This document shows, piece after piece, positions 1-9,430 of a stretch of 35,411 bases of DNA. The stretch comes from Actinomycetota bacterium. GTDB lineage: Bacteria; Actinomycetota; Acidimicrobiia; IMCC26256; VFJJ01. The notes below the pieces were generated by a model that saw nothing but the letters and a program-made list of their open reading frames with translations, was not told the DNA's origin and did not search any database. The translations under genes were made by a program, and so were the position numbers. Each line of letters starts with the position of its first letter. The stretch's first letter is position 1. The stretch is taken from positions 1 through 35,411 of the forward strand of contig VFJJ01000065.1 in NCBI GenBank assembly GCA_009886115.1, in the 5' to 3' direction.

Positions 1-593
1 CGAGCGGCGGTCAGTGCCCCCACCCACGAGGCCCCTCCGGCGCGGACGGCACGAGCCGCCGCCGAGAGCGTGGCACCCGTGGTGGCGACGTCGTCGACGA
101 CCAGCACACGTCGCCCGGCCAGCGATCCCGGCACGGCAACGGTGAACGTGGGACCGACGAGTCGCTCCGAGCGGCTCAGCCCGGTCTGGTGACGGTGGTC
201 GGTGCGGGTCAGCACGGCCGAGACCGGGAGCTCGCACCGGTGGGCGACGGCCCGGGCGAGCAACTCGGCCTGGTCGAACCCGCGGGCGCGCCGATGCTCG
301 ACCGTCGTGGGAACCCACGTGAGGACATCGACCGGAATCGCGCCCAGCGCTGCGCCCATGGCGTCGGCCAACCAATCGAGCGCGGAGCGGCGATTCGCGT
401 ACTTGAACCGGGCCAGGAGCTCGCGCACCGGGCCGTCGTATGCGAACGGGGCCCACCACGCGTCGACCCCCGGCGGCATCGGCAGCCGAGGGGCCGGTCG
501 AGCCAAGGCGACACAGCACGGGCACAGCGCCTCGGCCCTGCGCCCGCACGGGCAGGCCCCGGGAAACAGCCACGACGACCACCGGCTTCTCAT
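1..593 (-). CDS. comF: ComF family phosphoribosyltransferase-fold protein (3' end runs off the left edge)
   Basis: Translated by hand because it is absent from the ORF track. ATG at 593 gives MRSRWSSWLFPGACPCGRRAEALCPCC...FAYDGPVRELLARFKY...WVPTT...RRARGFDQAELLA...VLVVDDVATTGATL...LTAAR. It has a Cys cluster, the RGFxQ motif and the PRPP loop VDDVxTTGAT. Confidence 0.93.
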   Translation of the reverse strand, partial: MRSRWSSWLFPGACPCGRRAEALCPCCVALARPAPRLPMPPGVDAWWAPFAYDGPVRELLARFKYANRRSALDWLADAMGAALGAIPVDVLTWVPTTVEHRRARGFDQAELLARAVAHRCELPVSAVLTRTDHRHQTGLSRSERLVGPTFTVAVPGSLAGRRVLVVDDVATTGATLSAAARAVRAGGASWVGALTAA

Positions 594-621
594 GGCACAA
601 CCGTCGCACGGCCATGTGACA
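594..621 (-). promoter_or_regulatory. RecA-NDp/PafBC-like leaderless promoter for comF
   Basis: The minus strand reads TGTCAC-N10-GACGGT-N6-ATG. The spacing matches the mycobacterial TGTCGG-N10-TANNNT motif, with mismatches in both boxes. Confidence 0.45.
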
Positions 622-622
622 G

Positions 623-657
623 CCGCCGTCCCCCGCCGTCCCCCGCCGTCCCCCGCC
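623..657. repeat. 10-bp tandem repeat (CCGCCGTCCC)x3.5
   Basis: Read directly from the sequence. Confidence 0.9.
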
Positions 658-659
658 AT

Positions 660-704
660 TCTGTGTGCAGAAATCGTCGCTCCGCGACGATTTCTGCACA
701 CAGA
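660..704. repeat. Perfect 21-bp-stem palindrome (REP-like element or terminator hairpin) between mtnA and comF
   Basis: TCTGTGTGCAGAAATCGTCGC-TCC-GCGACGATTTCTGCACACAGA. It is AT-richer than its surroundings. Confidence 0.85.
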
Positions 705-706
705 TT

Positions 707-757
707 CTGGGGGCCCGCGCTGGGGGCCCGCGCTGGGGCCCGCGCTGGGGCCCGCGC
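707..757. repeat. 12-13-bp tandem repeat CT(G4-5)CCCGCG x4
   Basis: Read directly from the sequence. Confidence 0.9.
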
Positions 758-821
758 CCGGGGGCCCACGCCCGGGGGGCCCGCGCCGGGCGGGCGGCGC
801 GAGCGGGTCGGGCTCAGAACG

Positions 822-1850
822 TCAGAACGGGGGACGGACGATGCCGTGCTCGGTGACGATGGCGCTCACGAGCGCTGCCGGGGTGACGTCGAACGCGCGG
901 TTGAGCGCCGGCATGCCGGGTGGGGCGATCGCCGTGCCCCCGAACCGGGTGACCTCGTCGGGGTCGCGTTCCTCGACGACGATGTCGGCACCGGTGGCCG
1001 TCGCGGGGTCGATCGTCGAGGTCGGCGCGGCCACGTAGAACGGGATGTCGTGATGACGGGCGAGGACGGCGAGGGCGTAGGTCCCGATCTTGTTGGCGAC
1101 ATCGCCGTTGGCGGCGATGCGGTCGGCGCCCACGATCACCAGGTCGACGTGGCCCGAGGCCATCAGCGAGCCGGCCATCACGTCGGCGACGAGCGTCGCC
1201 GCGATGCCGAGGCGTTGGAGCTCCCAGGCCGTGAGCCGGGCGCCCTGGAGCACCGGACGGGTCTCGTCGACCCAGACGCTCGGCTCGCGACCCGCTTCCC
1301 ACGCCGCCCTGATCACGCCGATGGCCGTGCCGTAGCCGACGGTCGCCAGGTGCCCGGCGTTGCAGTGGGTGAGGATCCGGGCCCTGTGCGGGATCAAGGC
1401 GACGCCGTGGGCGCCCATCGCCCGGTTCGCTGCCACGTCGTCCTCGGCGATCCGGTGTGCGACGCCGAGAGCGACGGTGGCCGCGTCGGCCGACGCCGAC
1501 GCCGCGGCGGCGCGCACCGCGTCGAGCGTGCGGTCGAGAGCCCACGCCAGGTTCACCGCCGTGGGCCGGGTCGCCCGGAGCGTCACCGCCGCGGCCACGG
1601 CCCCGGCGAGCCCGCCGTCGTCGCGAGCGCCGATGGCGACGCCGTACGCCGCGGCCGCCCCGATCGCCGGGGCCCCACGGACCGCAAGCTCACGGATGGC
1701 GTCGGCGACCGCGGCGACCGTCCGGCATTCGAGGAAGGTCAGCTCGCCGGGCAGCAGACGTTGGTCGATCAGGCGCAACACCCCGTCGCCGGCCTCGTCG
1801 ACGATCCACTCCAGGGTGGGAGGCAACCCGTCCCCGTTCTTTGTGTCCAC
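822..1850 (-). CDS. mtnA: S-methyl-5-thioribose-1-phosphate isomerase
   Basis: Motifs LIDQRLLP, VRGAPAIG, RPTAVNL, THCNAG, DETRPVLQGARLTAWEL, GADRIAANGDVANKIGTY and AFDVTP. The start is uncertain (GTG 1877, GTG 1850 or TTG 1826). Confidence 0.96.
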   Translation of the reverse strand: MDTKNGDGLPPTLEWIVDEAGDGVLRLIDQRLLPGELTFLECRTVAAVADAIRELAVRGAPAIGAAAAYGVAIGARDDGGLAGAVAAAVTLRATRPTAVNLAWALDRTLDAVRAAAASASADAATVALGVAHRIAEDDVAANRAMGAHGVALIPHRARILTHCNAGHLATVGYGTAIGVIRAAWEAGREPSVWVDETRPVLQGARLTAWELQRLGIAATLVADVMAGSLMASGHVDLVIVGADRIAANGDVANKIGTYALAVLARHHDIPFYVAAPTSTIDPATATGADIVVEERDPDEVTRFGGTAIAPPGMPALNRAFDVTPAALVSAIVTEHGIVRPPF

Positions 1851-1884
1851 GCCGGCGCCTGCGATGACCCTGGACACAAAGAAC
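1836..1884. repeat. 14-bp perfect inverted repeat with 21-nt spacer overlapping the mtnA start region
   Basis: GTTCTTTGTGTCCA (1836-1849) pairs with TGGACACAAAGAAC (1871-1884). Confidence 0.8.
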
Positions 1885-1908
1885 CCGGGTGGGGGGCCGG
1901 ACGCCAGC

Positions 1909-3366
1909 TCAGTAGCGGTAGGAGTCGGGCTTGAACGGGCCTTCGGGTCCCACGCCGAGGTACTCCGACTGCTCGTCGGAGAGGATCGTGAGCTTCACGC
2001 CGAGCGCCCCGAGGTGCAGACGGGCGACCTGCTCGTCGAGGTGCTTGGGCAGCGTGTAGACCTCGATCGCGTACTTCCCGTCGTTGCCGTGCAACTCCAT
2101 CTGGGCCAGGACCTGGTTGGTGAACGAGCACGACATCACGAACGACGGGTGCCCGGTTGCGCAGCCGAGGTTCATGAGTCGGCCCTCGGCCAGCACGATC
2201 ACCGAGTGGCCGTCGGGGAAGTTCCACAGGTCGACCTGGGGCTTCAGGTTGGTCTGGGTGATGCCGTCGTAGCGCGCGAGTCCGGCCATGTCGATCTCGG
2301 TGTCGAAATGGCCGATGTTGCCGACGATGGCGTTGTGCTTCATCTGGGCCATGTGCTCCACGGTGATCACGCTGGCGTTGCCGGTGGCCGAGATCACGAT
2401 GTCGGCCGTGCCGATCACGTCGTCGAGGGTCGTGACCTCGTAGCCCTCCATCGCCGCCTGGAGGGCGTTGATCGGGTCGATCTCGGTGACGATGACCCGG
2501 GCGCCCTGACCCCGCAGCGACTGCACGCACCCCTTGCCCACGTCGCCGTAGCCGCACACGACGGCGACCTTGCCGGCGATCATCACGTCGGTGGCCCGGA
2601 AGATGGCGTCGATCAGCGAGTGCCGGCAGCCGTACAGGTTGTCGAACTTCGACTTCGTGACCGAGTCGTTGACGTTGATCGCCGGCCACAGCAGCGTTCC
2701 CTGCTCCATCATCTGGTAGAGGCGGTGCACCCCGGTGGTGGTCTCTTCCGAAACCCCGCGCACCGAAGCGGCGATGCGCGACCAGTACTTCGGGTCCTCG
2801 TTGAAGCGCCGCTGGAGCAGCGACAAGACGATCGCGTACTCGGCGTTGCCGGCGGTCGTCACGTCGGGAACCTGGCCCGCGGCCTCGAACTCGGCGCCCT
2901 TGTGCACCACGAGCGTGGCGTCTCCACCGTCGTCGAGGATCAGGTTCGGACCGTCACCGCCGGGCCAGCGCAGCGCCATGTCGGTGCACCACCAGTACTC
3001 CTCGAGCGTCTCGCCCTTCCAGGCGTAGACCGGCACGCCCTGCGGGTCGTCGGGCGTACCCTCGGGCCCGACGGCGACCGCCGCGGCAGCCTGGTCCTGG
3101 GTCGAGAAGATGTTGCAGCTCGCCCAGCGGATGTCGGCGCCCAGGGCCACCAGGGTCTCGATGAGCACGGCCGTCTGCACGGTCATGTGCAGCGATCCGG
3201 TGATGCGCGCCCCCGCCAGCGGCTTGCTCGCGCCGTGCTCACGCCGCAGCGCCATGAGGCCGGGCATCTCGTGCTCTGCGAGCTTGATCTCCTTGCGGCC
3301 GAACTCGGCGAGCGAGAGGTCGGCGACACGGAAGTCGCGCTGGAGATGGTCGGTGGGAGCGGGCAT
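1909..3366 (-). CDS. ahcY: Adenosylhomocysteinase (SAH hydrolase)
   Basis: Motifs [58 protein letters not shown] and [15 protein letters not shown] 3366 is preceded by GGAGG. Confidence 0.98.
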   Translation of the reverse strand: MPAPTDHLQRDFRVADLSLAEFGRKEIKLAEHEMPGLMALRREHGASKPLAGARITGSLHMTVQTAVLIETLVALGADIRWASCNIFSTQDQAAAAVAVGPEGTPDDPQGVPVYAWKGETLEEYWWCTDMALRWPGGDGPNLILDDGGDATLVVHKGAEFEAAGQVPDVTTAGNAEYAIVLSLLQRRFNEDPKYWSRIAASVRGVSEETTTGVHRLYQMMEQGTLLWPAINVNDSVTKSKFDNLYGCRHSLIDAIFRATDVMIAGKVAVVCGYGDVGKGCVQSLRGQGARVIVTEIDPINALQAAMEGYEVTTLDDVIGTADIVISATGNASVITVEHMAQMKHNAIVGNIGHFDTEIDMAGLARYDGITQTNLKPQVDLWNFPDGHSVIVLAEGRLMNLGCATGHPSFVMSCSFTNQVLAQMELHGNDGKYAIEVYTLPKHLDEQVARLHLGALGVKLTILSDEQSEYLGVGPEGPFKPDSYRY

Positions 3367-3374
3367 GGAGCCTC

Positions 3375-3431
3375 CGGGAAGTCGGGTCGGGAAGTCGGGT
3401 CGGGAAGTCGGTTCGGGAAGTCGGTTCGGGA
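3375..3431. repeat. 13-bp tandem repeat (CGGGAAGTCGGKT)x4.4 abutting the ahcY ribosome-binding site
   Basis: Copies start at 3375, 3388, 3401 and 3414, with a partial copy at 3427. Confidence 0.92.
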
Positions 3432-3487
3432 GCGGGGGCCCAGGCACAGCGCTGGACGCCGGGCGATGACAGGGGTCGGGCGGTGGG

Positions 3488-4555
3488 TCAAGCAGGATTC
3501 GACGGGGACAGCCGGGACTTGAGCGTGGCGATGGCGTCGATGGGACCGGGATCGACCCCGGCATCGAGCGCGAGGTAGAGGCTGACCCAGTCACCGAGGT
3601 ACATCAGGTCGAGGAGCTGCGCCAGGCGGCCGTCGCCCTGGGCTCGAACCTCGAGCACCTGGTGGAGCACCTCCTCGATGATCTCGACGGTCACGCTGGT
3701 GCGGACCTCGAGCGACTCGTGCTCGTGATCGTGGCGGAGCTGCACGAGCGACAGGAGCTGGCGGGTGATGTCGCCGTGCTGGCCCCAGCCGCAGATCTCG
3801 TTGTGGTCGAGCTCGGGGTACTGATTCCAGAACGCCGGAGCCTTGGCGTTCTCGTTGATGTCGGCCTTCCAGCGCATGGCCGCCACACCGCCCAGAGCCC
3901 CGGTGCCGTACACGAGGGGGATGGTGCGCCCGATGCGCCGGGCCAGCTCGCGGGCCGGGTTGCGGGGCGCGGTGACCGCTGGTGCGCAGGCGTCGCGTCG
4001 GGCCCGCAGCTGGGCCTCGGCGGCCCGCAGCCAGGTGTGGGCCTCCGGGAGGTGACCGGCCTTGTGCAGCATCACGAACATGGGAACGACGACGGCGCCG
4101 AGCGCGGCCCGGGGCATGTATCCGGGCGGGCAGGGGACGTGCATTCCGCCGCCCGCGACGACCCGACGGGCCAGCTCGCCGCCGGTGCTGATGCCCACCA
4201 CACGGGCGCCGGCGTCGAGGGCGCCCTGGGCCATCTCCAGCGTCTCGTCGGTACCGCCCGAGTACGAGACGGCGAACACGAGCGATCGTCCGTCGACGAA
4301 ACGGGGCACCCGCATCTGCTTGAGAACGATCACCGGGACGGCCAACGACCCACTCGCGACGACCCGGAGCACGTCGCCCGAGATCCCCGAGCCGCCCATG
4401 CCGCACACGACGATGTTCGAGATCTCGTCGGGACCGGGGAACCCCGCGAGGTCGAGCCCGGCCGCATCGCGGTGGGCCTGCGAGGCCTGCTCGGGCAGCC
4501 CGGCGACCGCGTCGATGAACGACAGGGAGTCGATGACGGCGTCGGGCGCGCTCAT
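3488..4555 (-). CDS. Bifunctional phosphoglucose/phosphomannose isomerase (double SIS domain)
   Basis: Motifs [26 protein letters not shown] and PELDHNEI. It lies downstream of PMM and Trm112. Confidence 0.92.
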   Translation of the reverse strand: MSAPDAVIDSLSFIDAVAGLPEQASQAHRDAAGLDLAGFPGPDEISNIVVCGMGGSGISGDVLRVVASGSLAVPVIVLKQMRVPRFVDGRSLVFAVSYSGGTDETLEMAQGALDAGARVVGISTGGELARRVVAGGGMHVPCPPGYMPRAALGAVVVPMFVMLHKAGHLPEAHTWLRAAEAQLRARRDACAPAVTAPRNPARELARRIGRTIPLVYGTGALGGVAAMRWKADINENAKAPAFWNQYPELDHNEICGWGQHGDITRQLLSLVQLRHDHEHESLEVRTSVTVEIIEEVLHQVLEVRAQGDGRLAQLLDLMYLGDWVSLYLALDAGVDPGPIDAIATLKSRLSPSNPA

Positions 4556-4565
4556 CGGTGCGGGG

Positions 4566-4802
4566 TCACGCCTCGAACGTGGGCGTGATGCCGTCGGCCG
4601 CGGCCTTGGCCAGCAGCCGCTCGTGCTCGACCTCGTCGACCGTCTCGGCCTCGTCGATCAACATGATGGGGATCTGATCGCGGACCGCGTACTTGCGCTT
4701 GAGCCGCGGGTTGTACAGGTGGTCCTCGGACGCGAAGTACAGCAGCGGCCCGTGGTCTTGCGGGCAGGCCAGGATCTCGAGCAGCTTCGAGTCAAGGGCC
4801 AT
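4566..4802 (-). CDS. Trm112 family (YcaR-like) protein
   Basis: MALDSKLLEILACPQDHGPL...YAVRDQIPIMLIDEA, with a GAGGAG RBS. Confidence 0.93.
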   Translation of the reverse strand: MALDSKLLEILACPQDHGPLLYFASEDHLYNPRLKRKYAVRDQIPIMLIDEAETVDEVEHERLLAKAAADGITPTFEA

Positions 4803-4861
4803 CAGGCGCTCCTCATGAGGTCTCGGGGTCGGATGCGGCGGAGCGGGTCATGGGACTCCGC

Positions 4862-6211
4862 TCACGATGCCGCGATGAGCGCCAGCAGCTCGTCGGTGTG
4901 AGCGGCGCACGACACGGCATCGGGCGCCTCGAGGTTGAGCCGCAACAACGGCTCGGTGTTCGAAGCTCGGAGGTTGAACCACCACTCGCCCAGATCGACG
5001 GTGAGGCCGTCGAGCCGGTCCTGCTCGGCATCGGCGAAGCGGGCGGCGATGGCCTCGATCACGTGCTGCGGATCGCTCACCCGGGTGTTGCGCTCGCCGG
5101 AAGCCGAGTACCGCTCGAGCGGGATTCGCAGCTGCGACAAGGGCTCGGAGGTCATGCTCAGCTGCTCGAGGATCACCAGGGCGGCGATCAGGCCCGAGTC
5201 GGCACGATAGTTGTCGCGGAAGTAGTAGTGGCCCGAGTGCTCGCCGCCGAAGATCGCGCCCGTCTCGGCCATCACCTGCTTGATGAACGAGTGCCCGACC
5301 CGGGTGCGCACCGTCGTGCCACCGAGCTCCTTGACGATCTCGGGAACGGCCTTCGAGCAGATCAGGTTGTGCACGATGATGTCGCCGGGATGCTTGGCGA
5401 GCATGCCCCGGGCGACGAGGACCGTGGTGAGCGATCCCGACACCGGTTGCGCCAGGTCGTCGACGAGGAACACGCGGTCGGCGTCGCCGTCGAAGGCCAG
5501 GCCGACATCGGCACCGACCTCGAGCACCTTGGCTTGGAGGTCTCGCAGGTTCTCAGGCTGGATCGGATCGGCGGGATGGTTCGGGAAGGTTCCGTCGAGC
5601 TCGGCGAACAGGAGCGTGAGGTCGAAGGGCAGGCCCCGGAACACCTCGGGCACGACCAGGCCGCCCATGCCATTGGCCGTGTCGGCGACAACCGTGAGCG
5701 GCCGCAGTCGGGCCCGGTCGACGAAGGAGTGAACGTGGCTGGCGTAGTCGGCCAGGAGGTCACGCCGGGTGGTCGAGCCCGGCGACGCCGCCCTGACGAG
5801 GTCGCCGGTCGCCAGCGCGGCCGCCGCCATGGCCTTGATCTCGTTCAGGCCGGTGTCTTCGCCGATGGGGGCCGCGCCGGCCTTGCACAGCTTGATCCCG
5901 TTGTACTGCGCCGGATTGTGCGACGCCGTGAACATCGCCCCCGGGGCATCGAGGATTCCCGCGGCGTAGTAGAGGAGATCGGTGGAGGCCAAACCGATGA
6001 GCACCGCGTCGACCCCGGCTGCGGTGACGCCTGCGACGAACGCTTCGGTCAAGGGGATCGACGACGGCCGCATGTCGTGAGCGACGACCACCCTCGGGCA
6101 CGCAGTGAAGCGGGCGAAGGCGTTGCCGATCGCGCGAGCGCTCGGCTCGTCGATCTCCCCCGGATAGAGCCCCCGGATGTCGTACGCCTTGAAGATCGTG
6201 TCGAGCGACAC
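4862..6211 (-). CDS. manB: Phosphomannomutase/phosphoglucomutase
   Basis: Motifs IFKAYDIRG, the phosphoserine loop TASHNP, the metal loop FDGDADR, GGEHSGH and RASNTEP. GTG 6211 follows GAGG. Confidence 0.95.
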   Translation of the reverse strand: MSLDTIFKAYDIRGLYPGEIDEPSARAIGNAFARFTACPRVVVAHDMRPSSIPLTEAFVAGVTAAGVDAVLIGLASTDLLYYAAGILDAPGAMFTASHNPAQYNGIKLCKAGAAPIGEDTGLNEIKAMAAAALATGDLVRAASPGSTTRRDLLADYASHVHSFVDRARLRPLTVVADTANGMGGLVVPEVFRGLPFDLTLLFAELDGTFPNHPADPIQPENLRDLQAKVLEVGADVGLAFDGDADRVFLVDDLAQPVSGSLTTVLVARGMLAKHPGDIIVHNLICSKAVPEIVKELGGTTVRTRVGHSFIKQVMAETGAIFGGEHSGHYYFRDNYRADSGLIAALVILEQLSMTSEPLSQLRIPLERYSASGERNTRVSDPQHVIEAIAARFADAEQDRLDGLTVDLGEWWFNLRASNTEPLLRLNLEAPDAVSCAAHTDELLALIAAS

Positions 6212-6328
6212 GCAGTACCTCGTTACGTCGGGTGGGCTCAGCGTCGTGACCCGGAAGGGCTCACCAGGGTCGGGCACGCCGCCCGGCCGGTCGTGGCGCG
6301 CCCCCGCAAGGGTGATTTCGCCCGGATC

Positions 6329-9085
6329 CTACTGCTCGCCCGCTTCAGCCTCGGGACTCGACCGGGGCTCGGCGACGCTCGCCGCGTGATCGCTTCCGGC
6401 ATCGGGCCGGCCGGCGGCACCGGTGTGATGGCCGTTGGCGTGGCCGGTCGCCTGACCGTTGCCGCTCCCGTTGCTGAACCCACCGCTCGCGACGTCTCCC
6501 GCCGCGCGTTCACCGCGAAATGCGGGGACGGGCTCGGCCTCGGGCGCGGCGATCGGACGAACGGGCTCGGGAGCCCATGCCGGAAGCGTGGGAATCGGGG
6601 CCCAGGGATTCGTCTGCGGCTCGGCCGCGGGATCCCACGGGGGCGGGAACGCGCCGCGGGTGCGCAACGGCCCGAGACCCGAGGCGGCACCCGGCTCACT
6701 GAGGAGGAGGTTCCCCAGCACGGCCTCGCCTTCGACGTCGCGCGACGACAGCGGCGTCGGCTTCCAACGGGCCAGGCCGACGAGCGCGATGAGCCCGAGC
6801 ACCGTCAGCACCCGTCCGGCATCGTCGGGAGCACCCTGGCCCCACCGCACGGTGACCGACGTCGAGGTCGGCACCACGACCATCATGTTCGGACCGGCCC
6901 GCCAGGGGCCTTCGGCTCCGTCGGCAACGAAGTTCGGGAAGTCGGAGATCTTGACGAGCACGGGAACCCCGGGCTGCGACACGTCGAACCGGATCCAGTC
7001 TTCACCGGTCGTGATGTTGCTCACGGTCACCGGAGCCAGCGGGGTCTTCGGGAGACCGGCCAGCTCGACCGCGCTCGCTCGCGTCCACTCGGCGGGACCG
7101 TCCTCGACGACCATCCGGTCGAGCTGCGAGCGATCGAGGAACCAGTTGTCGTTGGCCACCCGACGCGACCACGGATCGGCCTCGGCCTCGCCGAGTACGA
7201 CGGGTTGGTAGCCGAGCGGCTCGACGAGCTGCACGTCGGTGCCGTCGGGGTTCTTCACGAGATAGATGTCCCACCCGGCGGGCGCCTCGCCGTTGAGGTC
7301 GGTGGTCTGGGCCACCAGCTGGAGATCGGCCGGGTGCGCGGCGGCCATCTCCTTGGTCTTGGGGGCGATGGCCATGAAGTACTTGACCCCGAGCATCCGC
7401 ATGTGGGTGATGCCCCGGTCGAAGTCGTTGTCGATGTTGCCGAAGGTGAGGCTCTGGATGGGGTTCGACGGCTTCTGCGCCAGCTCGGACACCGTGACGA
7501 AGTGCCACGGCGTGGTTCCCGATGACTCGAAGTACAGGCCCTCCATCGAACCGATGCACCCGTTCGTGAAGTACGGGATGAGTTCGAGGGCCAGCGAGGT
7601 GCCGTACCGGTCGACCCCGTTGGGCGGGTTGTCGCCCTCGGGGTTCACGCCGCCGGCGTCGTTGGGATCCCACAGCGCGCGGCCGCAGCCGTACTGGGCA
7701 CCCAGGCCGCCCATGGTGGTCATGATCTGGTTGTACTCGGGGTACTCGGCCTTTTCCTCGTACCCGTGGTTGTTCCAGTCGTACCACGACTTGATGGCCT
7801 TGGCTTGTTGGCCGTGCGTCGACAGGCCGACGGCCACCACGAGCGACGCGATCGCACCAGCCACGCCCACCGTCGACACCAGCACGCCCGGAGGCAGGAT
7901 CCGCCCGTCGACCCGGGCCCCGGCCACGACGAAGTCGCGTATCAGCAGCACGAGCTCGGCGATCCCGAGCGCAGCCAGGAACCAGATCATCAGGTAGTAG
8001 AAGGGCAGGATGCGGGCGTTCCACAAGCGGGAATGATCGGGGACGGCCATGAAGAACACGGCCAGCGCAGCGGCGATGACCGTGAGCTCGAGGGTCGCGC
8101 GCCGCAGGCGGAACAGCCCGATCACGAGCCCGCCGACAGCGCACCACACGGCCCACCGCATATGCCCATTGAGGTCGGCCCCGAGATCGTCGACCCGGTT
8201 GTCGGGGATCAGGAGCTCCCAGTAGCGGTGGAGCTTGGTCCAACCCATGTCGAAGGTGTACTGGCGGGTGAAGAACATCGGGACGATCCACACCGAGGCC
8301 AGCGCCGCACCCACCAGGCCGATGGCGATGCCGTACTTCCAGTTCTTCGACGGCTTGTGCATCAGGAAGATCAAGATCGCGGCGACCGCCACGAACATCG
8401 ACACGATCACGTGGCTCATGACCGTGAGACCCAGGAGCGCCGCCGGCAGCCACAAACGCCGGCGGGTGTCGAGGGCCATGGCCAGGGTGCCGAGGAAGAA
8501 CAACGCCAGCGCCAGGCCGATGGTGAACGAGAATTCGCCAGCCGCGTTGGAGTAGAGGTTGCCGCCCCAGATCGAGTACCCGGTGAAGAACAGGTAGCAC
8601 ATGGTCGCGGCGGCCATCAGCGGAGGGCCCGGCCATGGCGCCTTGACACCCTTGGCGAAGACGTAAGCCGCGAACGGGAGCATGGCCGGCCCGAGGGCAG
8701 ACACCAGCTTGAAGGCCACGTTGTAGGGCATACCGGGGATGGCGTCGAGGAGGACGATCAGGATGCCCGGGACGGGCATGTAGTAGCGGCCGATCGGGAA
8801 CCCGGCGTACCAGTCGGGCGTCCAGCCGCTGATGCGGCCGCGGTTGAAGACGTGATCGCGCATGTACGCCGGCCACCACACGTGGGCGCCGGTGTCACCG
8901 CCGTTGGGGGTGGTGTCGCGAACGAGGAGGCTGGGCCTGATGGCGTACCGGTAGATCATCCACAGCGTCACACCGAACACCAGGACGGCCACGAAGACCC
9001 GCCAGGAACGCTCGTGACGTTCGGTAGCGGCGGACCGGGCGCGCAGCCGTGCGGCGGGACTCAGGAGCTGAGACGTGTCGGACAC
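6329..9085 (-). CDS. Multi-pass membrane protein of the '6-pyruvoyl-tetrahydropterin synthase-related'/YfhO-like type (probable GT-C glycosyltransferase)
   Basis: The first extracytoplasmic loop reads GGDTGAH...GWTPDWYAGFP...YY. It is followed by many hydrophobic helices, a large soluble domain, a C-terminal TM and a Pro/Ala tail. The GTG 9085 start is inferred. Confidence 0.75.
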   Translation of the reverse strand: MSDTSQLLSPAARLRARSAATERHERSWRVFVAVLVFGVTLWMIYRYAIRPSLLVRDTTPNGGDTGAHVWWPAYMRDHVFNRGRISGWTPDWYAGFPIGRYYMPVPGILIVLLDAIPGMPYNVAFKLVSALGPAMLPFAAYVFAKGVKAPWPGPPLMAAATMCYLFFTGYSIWGGNLYSNAAGEFSFTIGLALALFFLGTLAMALDTRRRLWLPAALLGLTVMSHVIVSMFVAVAAILIFLMHKPSKNWKYGIAIGLVGAALASVWIVPMFFTRQYTFDMGWTKLHRYWELLIPDNRVDDLGADLNGHMRWAVWCAVGGLVIGLFRLRRATLELTVIAAALAVFFMAVPDHSRLWNARILPFYYLMIWFLAALGIAELVLLIRDFVVAGARVDGRILPPGVLVSTVGVAGAIASLVVAVGLSTHGQQAKAIKSWYDWNNHGYEEKAEYPEYNQIMTTMGGLGAQYGCGRALWDPNDAGGVNPEGDNPPNGVDRYGTSLALELIPYFTNGCIGSMEGLYFESSGTTPWHFVTVSELAQKPSNPIQSLTFGNIDNDFDRGITHMRMLGVKYFMAIAPKTKEMAAAHPADLQLVAQTTDLNGEAPAGWDIYLVKNPDGTDVQLVEPLGYQPVVLGEAEADPWSRRVANDNWFLDRSQLDRMVVEDGPAEWTRASAVELAGLPKTPLAPVTVSNITTGEDWIRFDVSQPGVPVLVKISDFPNFVADGAEGPWRAGPNMMVVVPTSTSVTVRWGQGAPDDAGRVLTVLGLIALVGLARWKPTPLSSRDVEGEAVLGNLLLSEPGAASGLGPLRTRGAFPPPWDPAAEPQTNPWAPIPTLPAWAPEPVRPIAAPEAEPVPAFRGERAAGDVASGGFSNGSGNGQATGHANGHHTGAAGRPDAGSDHAASVAEPRSSPEAEAGEQ

Positions 9086-9149
9086 GGTGTCATCCTGCCA
9101 CCTCCGGAACCCCCGCCGGTGCGCGCCGCCCCCGGAACGAGCCCGAAAC

Positions 9150-9329
9150 TCACGTCTTGGCCATCGCCGTCCGGGCCAGATCGAGCACCGAGTCGAGCGA
9201 CACGCTGCCGTCCTCGGTACGCCAGGTCTGCAGGTCACAGTACGTGCACCGGAAGAACGACAGGTCGCGCTCGCCGATCTTCAACGAGATCGAGATCACA
9301 GAGCGATGCGAACACCGGGGGCAGACCAT
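9150..9329 (-). CDS. Small zinc-ribbon protein (59 aa)
   Basis: MVCPRC...FFRCTYCD...SLDSVLDLAR has two CxxC pairs. A GGAGAG RBS lies upstream and codon use is GC3-rich. Confidence 0.8.
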   Translation of the reverse strand: MVCPRCSHRSVISISLKIGERDLSFFRCTYCDLQTWRTEDGSVSLDSVLDLARTAMAKT

Positions 9330-9430
9330 GCATCTCTCCAACATCTCCGGGCCTGGCGATCGGGCGAAACCCTCGAAACCGCGGGCTCATCCGGAATCGC
9401 TCACAGGCGCTCCAACTACTCCGGCTGCAC

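Noticed and set aside
814..829. 8-bp direct duplication TCAGAACG at the mtnA stop as a possible target-site duplication
   Set aside because: No element or inverted ends lie between the copies. Simple slippage explains it.
3375..3431. CRISPR-like array
   Set aside because: The units are contiguous 13-mers with no spacers, and there are no cas genes. The same applies to the other arrays.
3367..3487. SAH riboswitch upstream of ahcY
   Set aside because: Apart from a short AGCGCTG, I could not find the conserved SAH aptamer elements. The region is dominated by a tandem repeat.
189..7525. Long + strand ORFs (189..1934, 1360..3522, 3662..4588, 4850..7525)
   Set aside because: They are antisense shadows of mtnA, ahcY, PGI/PMI, PMM and the GT-C gene. 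High GC3 suppresses stops on the opposite strand, and they carry no recognisable motifs.
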